Position numbers and translations under genes: made by a program. DNA of 64,000 nt from Saccostrea echinata. Its lineage: Eukaryota. The DNA is taken from positions 1-64,000 of the forward strand of contig NW_026889869.1 in assembly GCF_033153115.1 (NCBI RefSeq), in the 5' to 3' direction. This document shows, piece after piece, positions 44,392 to 61,443 of this stretch; the first letter of the stretch is position 1; the number at the start of each line of letters is the position of its first letter. A model generated the notes under the pieces. That model was given only the letters and a program-made list of their open reading frames with translations. It made no database searches and was not told the DNA's origin.

Positions 44392-44979
44392 CTACGCCTT
44401 GGTGGCTTTCTTTGGGGTTTTTGACTTCTTGGCTGTGGCTTTCTTGGGCGCTTTGGTTTTCGTAGGCTTTGGAGCTGCCTTGGCTTTCTTGGGAGACTTA
44501 GTAGCTGCTTTCTTCTTGGGAGACTTGGCCTTCTTGGGTGCTGCAGGTTTCTTAACAGCCTTTTTCTTTTCTGTTGGCTTTTTCTCCCCGGTTGTCTTCT
44601 TGGGTTTGGTCGTTTTCTTGGGCTTGGCAGCCTTAGGTTTGGTGACTTTTTTGGTCTTGGGTTTCTTCTCCGTCTTGGGCTTCTCTCCCAGCTTGAAGGA
44701 ACCACTGGCACCTGTACCCTTGGCCTGTTTGAGAACTCCCTTCTTGACTCCGTTCTTGAGGGCCATCTTCAGATGGGTGTTGACACTAGAGGCGTCATTA
44801 CCGACTTTGTAGTTGCCCATGATGTACTTGAGAATAGCTTGTCTCGAGGAACCTCCGCGCTCCTTCAGGGCAGCCACAGCAGCGCTGATCATCTCGATGT
44901 ACTTGGGATGGGCGGGGACCGTCTTGGGTTTGGAAACCTTCTTCTTGGCGGGGGATTTTGCTGGTGCGGCGTCTGCCAT
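44392..44979 (-). CDS. H1: Histone H1
   Basis: Intact 195-aa copy. Confidence 0.98.
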   Translation of the reverse strand: MADAAPAKSPAKKKVSKPKTVPAHPKYIEMISAAVAALKERGGSSRQAILKYIMGNYKVGNDASSVNTHLKMALKNGVKKGVLKQAKGTGASGSFKLGEKPKTEKKPKTKKVTKPKAAKPKKTTKPKKTTGEKKPTEKKKAVKKPAAPKKAKSPKKKAATKSPKKAKAAPKPTKTKAPKKATAKKSKTPKKATKA

Positions 44980-47121
44980 AATTTTTTTGTCCTGTTTTCT
45001 ACAACTGATGTGAACGACGTTATCGACGATAAGGAAATGAATGAAATCACCTCCGCCGATGGCCTTATTTGAGTGGCGGCGAGCGCGGACCTCCGTGAAA
45101 ACTCCCCAATTGTCGAGAGCGTAGAGGATTGAACTCGTCAAACTTTGTGTTTCAATACCTGTTATTTTTCCGATTTTGTCCTCCCAATTTTACTTAATTT
45201 TCTCAAATATGTCACTGTGCGTTTTCTTGAAATAATTTCCTACATAACTGTTTTTGTTTAAGGTTCTTAATCTGTCATTTTAAAGGAGGAATTGTCTGTT
45301 GATTCTGAAAATGCGCTGTTCCCTGGAGCCCAGAAGCGACTAATTTTGATTAAAACACGAAAACAAGAGGAATAGAACACGAGTAAGGGATTGAAGTACT
45401 TACTACATTGCTATGTGATAAAACATACATGTACATTTCTTTCAATTGTCTTCTATGTTACTTAAAATCCGAATGAAAATGCAAACATTCGGCACAAACA
45501 CGCGCACAATGGATAGTGATGTGTGCCTTGCATTTCATATGAAATGGAGAGAGAGAGAAAAAAAAACAATCAAACAAAAGGGTCATATGAAGGGAAATCA
45601 CGGAATCTCACAAATTGTTGAATGTTCAAATATATATCTAATATACTTTCTAGATCAGTGGATGTTCACCCCCTTAAAGGGACAACATATAATTTCTTTT
45701 CGAATATTTAAATACATGACACCTACTTTATAATTATAACACCGAGGACACCGGAAAGATCCAGACCGTACGTAACGTACCACATTCGGTGGTACAACGT
45801 CTGAATTTCTCAGTATAATTATATCATAAGAATATACATAACTGACATCCTTGTAAATTACATGAAAAAAAAAAATCACATAAAAAGGGCGTGTATTTAA
45901 TAATTGTAGAACACTCACTTAATTAGTAGTTATACATAAGAGAGAGACAGAGAGAGACGAACAAGGCGAATAATGGGAGTAGCTTATTCATTGATATTAA
46001 TTTGTTTCTTGTAATTTACACACACAAATAATTGAGTACATGTAAATAAACAGAATGTGGTCAAAAGCCAATGTATTTAAAATCTATATCTTTCAAGTTG
46101 AACAAGACAACCAGTATATAATACAAGACAATACAATACATTGATAGAAGCATCAAATTGGTTGCACACTTTCCACGTGCAGATCATGATTCCCTGCATC
46201 TATATGTCACGTGACGATGCAGATGTGCTGCACGGCGCAGTGATGGACATCGCAATAAATGTAAAGTGTTGAAAAAAATGTCGTTTAGTCATTCGCATCG
46301 GTAGTCTATTCGAAAGAAAATTTACTACCAGTTTTTAATTGTGTTAGTACTGTAAGTATCCGGAAACTGGCATCGAGTTGCTTTTATTCACTCTTATTAT
46401 GGGAAGCACACTTTTTTGAATAAGAACATTCAAGACATAATATAAACCACATCTTCTTATTCTTATGAGATTCTTATATTCATAACTTTTATCTATTTTT
46501 ATCAATTAGGAATTTTGTCTAAATAATCATCATATAAAACAATAGCGAGGGGGAAAAAAAAGAAACATTAAGGATTTAACTGGAGTTACAGATCTTTTGA
46601 ATATGTTAATAAAATAATGATCATATTTAAAAATATTTGTATCAAAGGAAAAAAATTGAAAGTTAGATCGCCATGTTAGATGATTTTCGCAGTTTCTAGT
46701 CTTAATTGGTCAATGAAATGGGTTTTTTTTTTTCTTATCTCTTTGTTGAGTGAGCATTCAAGTAATACGTGAGAATTCAACATTTGTACGCAGGCCTATA
46801 AGGTTTGGATTCAACTGCCTATAACGAGAAAGAAAAAAACGTACATATACGAATATACATGCGAGTCAATTTTAAAATTTATTGCTTTTGTTATTAACTT
46901 AATACATTTATTTATCATTAAATATATAACACTTTCTTTGATGTTTGATCTCTGTTCTGTGTTGAAAATTATTGAATTCGTGTGTTTCTATTATTTTCTA
47001 GCTATAATAATTGTTTACGTTTCAACTCGTTTGTAATGTAGGTATCTTTTCGAAAAGCTTATGTGGCCGTGAAAACGGCCGTTTGGTTTTGTGCTGCACA
47101 CAACACAACTATAGGATCTTT

Positions 47122-47507
<386 letters not shown>

Positions 47508-47762
47508 TCTTAACGGTTATGTTCTTTCGTGTACAGTCAACGAATAATCCAGCGACGCCCGCACGCACCAATTTAAACAACCAAGCGGATCCAACGGTGC
47601 AGCCAATTAACGCGTCGCTCTGTTGTGCCTTTAGGTGAAATCCGAACAAGTAATGTTTTCTCGGAGGTCCGTAACAAGCTTCTCCTCCTACTCGCATATA
47701 AATAGTAAATTTTACCATTTTACTTTATTCATCTCTTCAGTTTGACCTGTCAACTTGAGATC

Positions 47763-48134
47763 ATGCCACCCAAAGTCGGATCCAAAGGCGCCAAGAAAGC
47801 AGTCACCAAGGCCAAGACACCGAGGAGCACAGACAAGAAAAGGAGGAAGAGGAGGAGGGAATCTTATGCCATTTACATCTACAAAGTCCTAAAGCAGGTG
47901 CACCCTGACACTGGTGTTTCCAGCAAGGCCATGAGCATAATGAACTCCTTCGTCAACGATATCTTTGAGAGAATCGCTGCCGAAGCCTCTCGTTTGGCCC
48001 ACTACAACAAGCGATCTACAATCACAAGCAGAGAGGTCCAGACTGCTGTCCGTCTCCTTCTGCCCGGTGAACTGGCCAAGCACGCCGTATCTGAGGGCAC
48101 CAAAGCCGTCACCAAGTACACCAGCAGCAAATAA
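47763..48134 (+). CDS. H2B: Histone H2B
   Basis: Identical protein. Confidence 0.99.
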   Translation: MPPKVGSKGAKKAVTKAKTPRSTDKKRRKRRRESYAIYIYKVLKQVHPDTGVSSKAMSIMNSFVNDIFERIAAEASRLAHYNKRSTITSREVQTAVRLLLPGELAKHAVSEGTKAVTKYTSSK

Positions 48135-49198
48135 TCTCATTTTGCAAGTACACACACCAAACGGCCCTTTTAAGGGCCAACTAATTTTTAAGAAAAGATA
48201 CCTTCATATTACATGCGTTATTGAGACACAAATAATATGTGTGAGTGTTACAATGTGAATGCATGTGCTCGTAAAAGTGGCAAACGTATAAAAATCCCAC
48301 ATTGTTTACAACTGATTATAATAACAGAAGTAGGATAAATAAAGAAATACAAGTAGGTATTATTATATGTATGAGAGCCAAATTTTATTCACAAATAACT
48401 TGAATGTACAACCAAGCATATATCTAAAATAACTGTATCTTCAAATATAAATAAAATACAAGCATGCGAGGTCCATCTGATGTACACAAAATCCTGGTTC
48501 ATTTGTCCTCTGTATACTGAATTAATTATCAGCGTACATTATATAATTGATAATAAAGTATCTCAATTCAGCTAATATCAATGAAACAGATAAATAAATT
48601 CAAGACCCCCCCCCCTCCCCTTTCTTTGACATTGACATATTGGAATTTTCAATCAGTAATTATACATCAATAAAAGTGCAATGACCAAAATGCGATAATT
48701 ATACATTGACAATTAATTGTCTAACATTAGTCATAATTGTTAAACAAGAAAAAAAAAGCATGTCACTCAGCGCCAGTTGGTACCTGTCATTGTCGGTAGA
48801 TCGATCCCTCAAAATAATACTCAAGACAGCAGCATTATTATTTTAATATATGATTATAATAATAAAAAAAATTAAATAATATATACTGTTTGTGTGTGTT
48901 TATTCAATATTTCTTGTCCAAACCTAAATTCAATACATATTTGTTGCTCTGTATATAGTTTTGAGGAAATATTACGACATAAAGGGTCTTACTCTGTTAT
49001 TGTTGTGTATTTATTTTACCACTTACAACCATTCTGTATTCAACTTTGTACAGTGAATATCTGTATAACAAGTACTCAGTAAGTAAATGTCTGTCTTAAC
49101 GATGTTTAAGAGGCATCTTTTCGAAAAATTTGGGTGGCCGTGATAACGGCCGTTTGTGTTTGTTTTAAACTTCTGTCTTGACTGTCAAACTGAATTCT

Positions 49199-49519
<321 letters not shown>

Positions 49520-50893
49520 TCAGCCAGTAGTACTGTTCTGATGAACTGATCATGCGTAATTGCCTAATTTATAGTCCAAATTGAGGACCCGTGAGAGCGC
49601 ACGATGCTTTGAAAAGTTCGGAACGTTACCAAAGCGGTATTGTGACAAGCTTTACGATTGGTCAGCTTGGCATGATGGGAATGTTTACATTTCTTGCCCC
49701 ACGGGAATTTTAACCACATTTAATTAATTTTGATTCTTTAATTTCTTCACATATAGGCAAGTTTAGGTTCAATTTATTCACCTAAACCAAAATATTGGTA
49801 CGTGGAGGTACATATATACATTTTATACAAACTGATATACAAAAAAAAAAAAAAAAAACATGACAGAAAATGAATAAAAATGATAAAGAGAGAGAGGGGA
49901 ATTATATCAAGCAGGACAGACAGCATCATAATTTTTTAGGATAAACATACACAATTTTTTGTTTTGTTGTTGTTATTTTTTTATTTCAGTATTTTTTGCT
50001 TTGAGTTTAACAAAATAAATACCGTTGTTGCCGAATGATAATAAAAACGTGTGTGGGTGGGTGGGTGGGGATTAAGTTATTCAAAGGAAAGGGGTGTGAC
50101 AGATAACACCGAAATAATACAAAATGTAGAAGCTGAATGAAACTTTTGATTCTCATTCATTTATGATATCTAGTTATAGATGTGATAATTTATTTGATTT
50201 CCTCTTTTCTCAGTTAATTTTCAAAGGCAACTTTAAGCAGTGACCAAACCGGCTTTATAAATGAGCCTTTTTCATTTTATTACACGCCACGTTAGAATGA
50301 ATATCGTTATATTTGACGTTGTTTAGAAATCAATAAAAATCATACTTTGAATATAAATGAAATACGGAATTGCAGTTCTGAAATGCATGTACTCGCATAT
50401 GTGCATAGCTGTAGAACTAATGAGATAAAGTTGTAATACTGTTATTATTTTTTGCTTCGACACATTCCATCATTTTCTATTTAAATAATTGTGCTATTTT
50501 CTAATTTATTTCGCAAAATTCTTGAATGTATTCTAGAGGGGCAGGTTGATGGACTTGTACAAAATATAGTTTCAAGATGTGTAGACAACTTCTACAACTT
50601 GATGATGACAATAATACTATGAAATTGTCTAGCATTGTGCTATGTAATTATATATATGTAAGGCACAGATATATTCACTGAAGGATGTACTGTGTCTCAA
50701 CATTTTTTTTTTTTTTTTTTTTTCAATTTGGGGGCATTGTACGCCGAATTTGACAAAATTTATTAATTTCGGCCAAATAATTCAACATTATTTTCAGAGA
50801 TGTTTCAACGTCTGAACAGAAGGCATCTTTTCGAAGAATGTAGGTGGCCGTGAAAACGGCCGTTTGCTTTAGGACTTGAAATACAGCTTAAAA

Positions 50894-51313
<420 letters not shown>

Positions 51314-52039
51314 TCAGATTATTCAAACTCGAATGAATGAAGTGGCAGTGTTGCACCGTGAACTTATATATCTTTGTAAGCTCAAGTTGAAAATCGCTGC
51401 GGTCTACCAGTCGGCTTAGTCGATTGGCTGGTGCCCGCAGTAACACTCGCTACGATTAGTCAGGTGAACGAGATGACCATTGGCTACGTCTGTAGGTAGT
51501 TTCAATCCACAGAATTGCCCCAAAAGAAAAAGAAAATCAAGTCGGTTTTTGACACATGATTTCACTGCAGATACATATAGTCAAATATTTTTTTTAAAAA
51601 TATATATATGGTGAATAATGGGGATGAATGTAACGTCAATTGAATAGAAAATAGAATTATTTATTATATATATACATATATTTTCAATTCGTTATTGAAG
51701 CAAAATGCATTTTCGAAAAATATATATTATATATTTCTTGTCATTATTTCCTCCTACCATTATCTGAACAAGCCCAGTAATATTACTAAGTATCATGATA
51801 CTTGCAGATAATCAGAATGGTGCATATAGGATGAACAGGAATTACCCTGTTGCAAAAACAAGAACAAAACAAATAATACAAATAAATGAATAATTAATTA
51901 AATGAATGAATAATTAAATAAATGAATGAATGAATGAATGAATAAATGAAAAGAATAAATAAATGAAAAGAATAAGAATGTATGTATCTGTCTTTCAAAA
52001 GGTACGCATGAACTTTTATTCCATTCGTTCCACATTTGA

Positions 52040-52307
52040 NNNNNNNNNNNNNNNNNNNNNNNNNNNNNNNNNNNNNNNNNNNNNNNNNNNNNNNNNNNNN
52101 NNNNNNNNNNNNNNNNNNNNNNNNNNNNNNNNNNNNNNNNNNNNNNNNNNNNNNNNNNNNNNNNNNNNNNNNNNNNNNNNNNNNNNNNNNNNNNNNNNNN
52201 NNNNNNNNNNNNNNNNNNNNNNNNNNNNNNNNNNNNNNNNNNNNNNNNNNNNNNNNNNNNNNNNNNNNNNNNNNNNNNNNNNNNNNNNNNNNNNNNNNNN
52301 NNNNNNN
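52040..52307. other. Masked block (268 N), unit 7
   Basis: Same flanks as in unit 1. Confidence 0.95.
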
Positions 52308-52633
52308 TAACACTAATAATAATGGCCATATAGTTAGCGTAGGCGTTGTGATGTGGAAAAAGTAAAATTTTATTTACTTGAGGGAGGGTATGTAAACAAA
52401 TTAAAAACTGACTTTTGTTTCTTCTTCTTCTCAGAAACAGCATGTTAATATTATCATGACTTTGCAATTTGCTTCCAGTCGAAGACAAATAAACTATGTG
52501 TAATAGGTAAGTGTACTTCTTGTTTATTCATTTTGTGTTTCCATTAGTACATGTATGTAATAGAGGCATCTTTTCTAAAAATGTTGGTAGCCCTGAAAAG
52601 GGCTTTTGTAATTGGTTTAAGACAATTGGCAGT

Positions 52634-53221
52634 CTACGCCTTGGTGGCTTTCTTTGGGGTTTTTGACTTCTTGGCTGTGGCTTTCTTGGGCGCTTTGGTT
52701 TTCGTAGGCTTTGGAGCTGCCTTGGCTTTCTTGGGAGACTTAGTAGCTGCTTTCTTCTTGGGAGACTTGGCCTTCTTGGGTGCTGCAGGTTTCTTAACAG
52801 CCTTTTTCTTTTCTGTTGGCTTTTTCTCCCCGGTTGTCTTCTTGGGTTTGGTCGTTTTCTTGGGCTTGGCAGCCTTAGGTTTGGTGACTTTTTTGGTCTT
52901 GGGTTTCTTCTCCGTCTTGGGCTTCTCTCCCAGCTTGAAGGAACCACTGGCACCTGTACCCTTGGCCTGTTTGAGAACTCCCTTCTTGACTCCGTTCTTG
53001 AGGGCCATCTTCAGATGGGTGTTGACACTAGAGGCGTCATTACCGACTTTGTAGTTGCCCATGATGTACTTGAGAATAGCTTGTCTCGAGGAACCTCCGC
53101 GCTCCTTCAGGGCAGCCACAGCAGCGCTGATCATCTCGATGTACTTGGGATGGGCGGGGACCGTCTTGGGTTTGGAAACCTTCTTCTTGGCGGGGGATTT
53201 TGCTGGTGCGGCGTCTGCCAT
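52634..53221 (-). CDS. H1: Histone H1
   Basis: Intact 195-aa copy. Confidence 0.98.
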   Translation of the reverse strand: MADAAPAKSPAKKKVSKPKTVPAHPKYIEMISAAVAALKERGGSSRQAILKYIMGNYKVGNDASSVNTHLKMALKNGVKKGVLKQAKGTGASGSFKLGEKPKTEKKPKTKKVTKPKAAKPKKTTKPKKTTGEKKPTEKKKAVKKPAAPKKAKSPKKKAATKSPKKAKAAPKPTKTKAPKKATAKKSKTPKKATKA

Positions 53222-55362
53222 AATTTTTTTGTCCTGTTTTCTACAACTGATGTGAACGACGTTATCGACGATAAGGAAATGAATGAAATCACCTCCGCCG
53301 ATGGCCTTATTTGAGTGGCGGCGAGCGCGGACCTCCGTGAAAACTCCCCAATTGTCGAGAGCGTAGAGGATTGAACTCGTCAAACTTTGTGTTTCAATAC
53401 CTGTTATTTTTCCGATTTTGTCCTCCCAATTTTACTTAATTTTCTCAAATATGTCACTGTGCGTTTTCTTGAAATAATTTCCTACATAACTGTTTTTGTT
53501 TAAGGTTCTTAATCTGTCATTTTAAAGGAGGAATTGTCTGTTGATTCTGAAAATGCGCTGTTCCCTGGAGCCCAGAAGCGACTAATTTTGATTAAAACAC
53601 GAAAACAAGAGGAATAGAACACGAGTAAGGGATTGAAGTACTTACTACATTGCTATGTGATAAAACATACATGTACATTTCTTTCAATTGTCTTCTATGT
53701 TACTTAAAATCCGAATGAAAATGCAAACATTCGGCACAAACACGCGCACAATGGATAGTGATGTGTGCCTTGCATTTCATATGAAATGGAGAGAGAGAGA
53801 AAAAAAAACAATCAAACAAAAGGGTCATATGAAGGGAAATCACGGAATCTCACAAATTGTTGAATGTTCAAATATATATCTAATATACTTTCTAGATCAG
53901 TGGATGTTCACCCCCTTAAAGGGACAACATATAATTTCTTTTCGAATATTTAAATACATGACACCTACTTTATAATTATAACACCGAGGACACCGGAAAG
54001 ATCCAGACCGTACGTAACGTACCACATTCGGTGGTACAACGTCTGAATTTCTCAGTATAATTATATCATAAGAATATACATAACTGACATCCTTGTAAAT
54101 TACATGAAAAAAAAAAATCACATAAAAAGGGCGTGTATTTAATAATTGTAGAACACTCACTTAATTAGTAGTTATACATAAGAGAGAGACAGAGAGAGAC
54201 GAACAAGGCGAATAATGGGAGTAGCTTATTCATTGATATTAATTTGTTTCTTGTAATTTACACACACAAATAATTGAGTACATGTAAATAAACAGAATGT
54301 GGTCAAAAGCCAATGTATTTAAAATCTATATCTTTCAAGTTGAACAAGACAACCAGTATATAATACAAGACAATACAATACATTGATAGAAGCATCAAAT
54401 TGGTTGCACACTTTCCACGTGCAGATCATGATTCCCTGCATCTATATGTCACGTGACGATGCAGATGTGCTGCACGGCGCAGTGATGGACATCGCAATAA
54501 ATGTAAAGTGTTGAAAAAAATGTCGTTTAGTCATTCGCATCGGTAGTCTATTCGAAAGAAAATTTACTACCAGTTTTTAATTGTGTTAGTACTGTAAGTA
54601 TCCGGAAACTGGCATCGAGTTGCTTTTATTCACTCTTATTATGGGAAGCACACTTTTTTGAATAAGAACATTCAAGACATAATATAAACCACATCTTCTT
54701 ATTCTTATGAGATTCTTATATTCATAACTTTTATCTATTTTTATCAATTAGGAATTTTGTCTAAATAATCATCATATAAAACAATAGCGAGGGGGAAAAA
54801 AAAGAAACATTAAGGATTTAACTGGAGTTACAGATCTTTTGAATATGTTAATAAAATAATGATCATATTTAAAAATATTTGTATCAAAGGAAAAAAATTG
54901 AAAGTTAGATCGCCATGTTAGATGATTTTCGCAGTTTCTAGTCTTAATTGGTCAATGAAATGGGGTTTTTTTTTTCTTATCTCTTTGTTGAGTGAGCATT
55001 CAAGTAATACGTGAGAATTCAACATTTGTACGCAGGCCTATAAGGTTTGGATTCAACTGCCTATAACGAGAAAGAAAAAACGTACATATACGAATATACA
55101 TGCGAGTCAATTTTAAAATTTATTGCTTTTGTTATTAACTTAATACATTTATTTATCATTAAATATATAACACTTTCTTTGATGTTTGATCTCTGTTCTG
55201 TGTTGAAAATTATTGAATTCGTGTGTTTCTATTATTTTCTAGCTATAATAATTGTTTACGTTTCAACTCGTTTGTAATGTAGGTATCTTTTCGAAAAGCT
55301 TATGTGGCCGTGAAAACGGCCGTTTGGTTTTGTGCTGCACACAACACAACTATAGGATCTTT

Positions 55363-55749
<387 letters not shown>

Positions 55750-55995
55750 TTATGTTCTTTCGTGTACAGTCAACGAATAATCCAGCGACGCCCGCACGCA
55801 CCAATTTAAACAACCAAGCGGATCCAACGGTGCAGCCAATTAACGCGTCGCTCTGTTGTGCCTTTAGGTGAAATCCGAACAAGTAATGTTTTCTCGGAGG
55901 TCCGTAACAAGCTTCTCCTCCTACTCGCATATAAATAGTAAATTTTACCATTTTACTTTATTCATCTCTTCAGTTTGACCTGTCAACTTGAGATC

Positions 55996-56367
55996 ATGCC
56001 ACCCAAAGTCGGATCCAAAGGCGCCAAGAAAGCAGTCACCAAGGCCAAGACACCAAGGAGCACAGACAAGAAAAGGAGGAAGAGGAGGAGGGAATCTTAT
56101 GCCATTTACATCTACAAAGTCCTAAAGCAGGTGCACCCTGACACTGGTGTTTCCAGCAAGGCCATGAGCATAATGAACTCCTTCGTCAACGATATCTTTG
56201 AGAGAATCGCTGCCGAAGCCTCTCGTTTGGCCCACTACAACAAGCGATCTACAATCACAAGCAGAGAGGTCCAGACTGCTGTCCGTCTCCTTCTGCCCGG
56301 TGAACTGGCCAAGCACGCCGTATCTGAGGGCACCAAAGCCGTCACCAAGTACACCAGCAGCAAATAA
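55996..56367 (+). CDS. H2B: Histone H2B (silent CCG>CCA at 56055)
   Basis: Identical protein. Confidence 0.99.
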   Translation: MPPKVGSKGAKKAVTKAKTPRSTDKKRRKRRRESYAIYIYKVLKQVHPDTGVSSKAMSIMNSFVNDIFERIAAEASRLAHYNKRSTITSREVQTAVRLLLPGELAKHAVSEGTKAVTKYTSSK

Positions 56368-57431
56368 TCTCATTTTGCAAGTACACACACCAAACGGCCC
56401 TTTTAAGGGCCAACTAATTTTTAAGAAAAGATACCTTCATATTACATGCGTTATTGAGACACAAATAATATGTGTGAGTGTTACAATGTGAATGCATGTG
56501 CTCGTAAAAGTGGCAAACGTATAAAAATCCCACATTGTTTACAACTGATTATAATAACAGAAGTAGGATAAATAAAGAAATACAAGTAGGTATTATTATA
56601 TGTATGAGAGCCAAATTTTATTCACAAATAACTTGAATGTACAACCAAGCATATATCTAAAATAACTGTATCTTCAAATATAAATAAAATACAAGCATGC
56701 GAGGTCCATCTGATGTACACAAAATCCTGGTTCATTTGTCCTCTGTATACTGAATTAATTATCAGCGTACATTATATAATTGATAATAAAGTATCTCAAT
56801 TCAGCTAATATCAATGAAACAGATAAATAAATTCAAGACCCCCCCCCTCCCCTTTCTTTGACATTGACATATTGGAATTTTCAATCAGTAATTATACATC
56901 AATAAAAGTGCAATGACCAAAATGCGATAATTATACATTGACAATTAATTGTCTAACATTAGTCATAATTGTTAAACAAGAAAAAAAAAGCATGTCACTC
57001 AGCGCCAGTTGGTACCTGTCATTGTCGGTAGATCGATCCCTCAAAATAATACTCAAGACAGCAGCATTATTATTTTAATATATGATTATAATAATAAAAA
57101 AAATTAAATAATATATACTGTTTGTGTGTGTTTATTCAATATTTCTTGTCCAAACCTAAATTCAATACATATTTGTTGCTCTGTATATAGTTTTGAGGAA
57201 ATATTACGACATAAAGGGGTCTTACTCTGTTATTGTTGTGTATTTATTTTACCACTTACAACCATTCTGTATTCAACTTTGTACAGTGAATATCTGTATA
57301 ACAAGTACTCAGTAAGTAAATGTCTGTCTTAACGATGTTTAAGAGGCATCTTTTCGAAAAATTTGGGTGGCCGTGATAACGGCCGTTTGTGTTTGTTTTA
57401 AACTTCTGTCTTGACTGTCAAACTGAATTCT

Positions 57432-57752
<321 letters not shown>

Positions 57753-59126
57753 TCAGCCAGTAGTACTGTTCTGATGAACTGATCATGCGTAATTGCCTAA
57801 TTTATAGTCCAAATTGAGGACCCGTGAGAGCGCACGATGCTTTGAAAAGTTCGGAACGTTACCAAAGCGGTATTGTGACAAGCTTTACGATTGGTCAGCT
57901 TGGCATGATGGGAATGTTTACATTTCTTGCCCCACGGGAATTTTAACCACATTTAATTAATTTTGATTCTTTAATTTCTTCACATATAGGCAAGTTTAGG
58001 TTCAATTTATTCACCTAAACCAAAATATTGGTACGTGGAGGTACATATATACATTTTATACAAACTGATATACAAAAAAAAAAAAAAAAACATGACAGAA
58101 AATGAATAAAAATGATAAAGAGAGAGAGGGGAATTATATCAAGCAGGACAGACAGCATCATAATTTTTTAGGATAAACATACACAATTTTTTGTTTTGTT
58201 GTTGTTATTTTTTTATTTCAGTATTTTTTGCTTTGAGTTTAACAAAATAAATACCGTTGTTGCCGAATGATAATAAAAACGTGTGTGGGTGGGTGGGTGG
58301 GGATTAAGTTATTCAAAGGAAAGGGGTGTGACAGATAACACCGAAATAATACAAAATGTAGAAGCTGAATGAAACTTTTGATTCTCATTCATTTATGATA
58401 TCTAGTTATAGATGTGATAATTTATTTGATTTCCTCTTTTCTCAGTTAATTTTCAAAGGCAACTTTAAGCAGTGACCAAACCGGCTTTATAAATGAGCCT
58501 TTTTCATTTTATTACACGCCACGTTAGAATGAATATCGTTATATTTGACGTTGTTTAGAAATCAATAAAAATCATACTTTGAATATAAATGAAATACGGA
58601 ATTGCAGTTCTGAAATGCATGTACTCGCATATGTGCATAGCTGTAGAACTAATGAGATAAAGTTGTAATACTGTTATTATTTTTTGCTTCGACACATTCC
58701 ATCATTTTCTATTTAAATAATTGTGCTATTTTCTAATTTATTTCGCAAAATTCTTGAATGTATTCTAGAGGGGCAGGTTGATGGACTTGTACAAAATATA
58801 GTTTCAAGATGTGTAGACAACTTCTACAACTTGATGATGACAATAATACTATGAAATTGTCTAGCATTGTGCTATGTAATTATATATATGTAAGGCACAG
58901 ATATATTCACTGAAGGATGTACTGTGTCTCAACATTTTTTTTTTTTTTTTTTTTTTCAATTTGGGGGCATTGTACGCCGAATTTGACAAAATTTATTAAT
59001 TTCGGCCAAATAATTCAACATTATTTTCAGAGATGTTTCAACGTCTGAACAGAAGGCATCTTTTCGAAGAATGTAGGTGGCCGTGAAAACGGCCGTTTGC
59101 TTTAGGACTTGAAATACAGCTTAAAA

Positions 59127-59546
<420 letters not shown>

Positions 59547-60272
59547 TCAGATTATTCAAACTCGAATGAATGAAGTGGCAGTGTTGCACCGTGAACTTAT
59601 ATATCTTTGTAAGCTCAAGTTGAAAATCGCTGCGGTCTACCAGTCGGCTTAGTCGATTGGCTGGTGCCCGCAGTAACACTCGCTACGATTAGTCAGGTGA
59701 ACGAGATGACCATTGGCTACGTCTGTAGGTAGTTTCAATCCACAGAATTGCCCCAAAAGAAAAAGAAAATCAAGTCGGTTTTTGACACATGATTTCACTG
59801 CAGATACATATAGTCAAATATTTTTTTTAAAAATATATATATGGTGAATAATGGGGATGAATGTAACGTCAATTGAATAGAAAATAGAATTATTTATTAT
59901 ATATATACATATATTTTCAATTCGTTATTGAAGCAAAATGCATTTTCGAAAAATATATATTATATATTTCTTGTCATTATTTCCTCCTACCATTATCTGA
60001 ACAAGCCCAGTAATATTACTAAGTATCATGATACTTGCAGATAATCAGAATGGTGCATATAGGATGAACAGGAATTACCCTGTTGCAAAAACAAGAACAA
60101 AACAAATAATACAAATAAATGAATAATTAATTAAATGAATGAATAATTAAATAAATGAATGAATGAATGAATGAATAAATGAAAAGAATAAATAAATGAA
60201 AAGAATAAGAATGTATGTATCTGTCTTTCAAAAGGTACGCATGAACTTTTATTCCATTCGTTCCACATTTGA

Positions 60273-60540
60273 NNNNNNNNNNNNNNNNNNNNNNNNNNNN
60301 NNNNNNNNNNNNNNNNNNNNNNNNNNNNNNNNNNNNNNNNNNNNNNNNNNNNNNNNNNNNNNNNNNNNNNNNNNNNNNNNNNNNNNNNNNNNNNNNNNNN
60401 NNNNNNNNNNNNNNNNNNNNNNNNNNNNNNNNNNNNNNNNNNNNNNNNNNNNNNNNNNNNNNNNNNNNNNNNNNNNNNNNNNNNNNNNNNNNNNNNNNNN
60501 NNNNNNNNNNNNNNNNNNNNNNNNNNNNNNNNNNNNNNNN
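60273..60540. other. Masked block (268 N), unit 8
   Basis: Same flanks as in unit 1. Confidence 0.95.
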
Positions 60541-60866
60541 TAACACTAATAATAATGGCCATATAGTTAGCGTAGGCGTTGTGATGTGGAAAAAGTAAAA
60601 TTTTATTTACTTGAGGGAGGGTATGTAAACAAATTAAAAACTGACTTTTGTTTCTTCTTCTTCTCAGAAACAGCATGTTAATATTATCATGACTTTGCAA
60701 TTTGCTTCCAGTCGAAGACAAATAAACTATGTGTAATAGGTAAGTGTACTTCTTGTTTATTCATTTTGTGTTTCCATTAGTACATGTATGTAATAGAGGC
60801 ATCTTTTCTAAAAATGTTGGTAGCCCTGAAAAGGGCTTTTGTAATTGGTTTAAGACAATTGGCAGT

Positions 60867-61443
60867 CTACGCCTTGGTGGCTTTCTTTGGGGTTTTTGAC
60901 TTCTTGGCTGTGGCTTTCTTGGGCGCTTTGGTTTTCGTAGGCTTTGGAGCTGCCTTGGCTTTCTTGGGAGACTTAGTAGCTGCTTTCTTCTTGGGAGACT
61001 TGGCCTTCTTGGGTGCTGCAGGTTTCTTAACAGCCTTTTTCTTTTCTGTTGGCTTTTTCTCCCCGGTTGTCTTCTTGGGTTTGGTCGTTTTCTTGGGCTT
61101 GGCAGCCTTAGGTTTGGTGACTTTTTTGGTCTTGGGTTTCTTCTCCGTCTTGGGCTTCTCTCCCAGCTTGAAGGAACCACTGGCACCTGTACCCTTGGCC
61201 TGTTTGAGAACTCCCTTCTTGACTCCGTTCTTGAGGGCCATCTTCAGATGGGTGTTGACACTAGAGGCGTCATTACCGACTTTGTATGTACTTGAGAATA
61301 GCTTGTCTCGAGGAACCTCCGCGCTCCTTCAGGGCAGCCACAGCAGCGCTGATCATCTCGATGTACTTGGGATGGGCGGGGACCGTCTTGGGTTTGGAAA
61401 CCTTCTTCTTGGCGGGGGATTTTGCTGGTGCGGCGTCTGCCAT
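60867..61443 (-). pseudogene. H1: Histone H1 frameshifted by an 11-bp deletion
   Basis: tttgta|tgtac at ~61286 versus tttgta-gttgcccatga-tgtac elsewhere; 577 bp instead of 588; reads ...AILKYIQSR* and truncates the globular domain. Confidence 0.88.
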
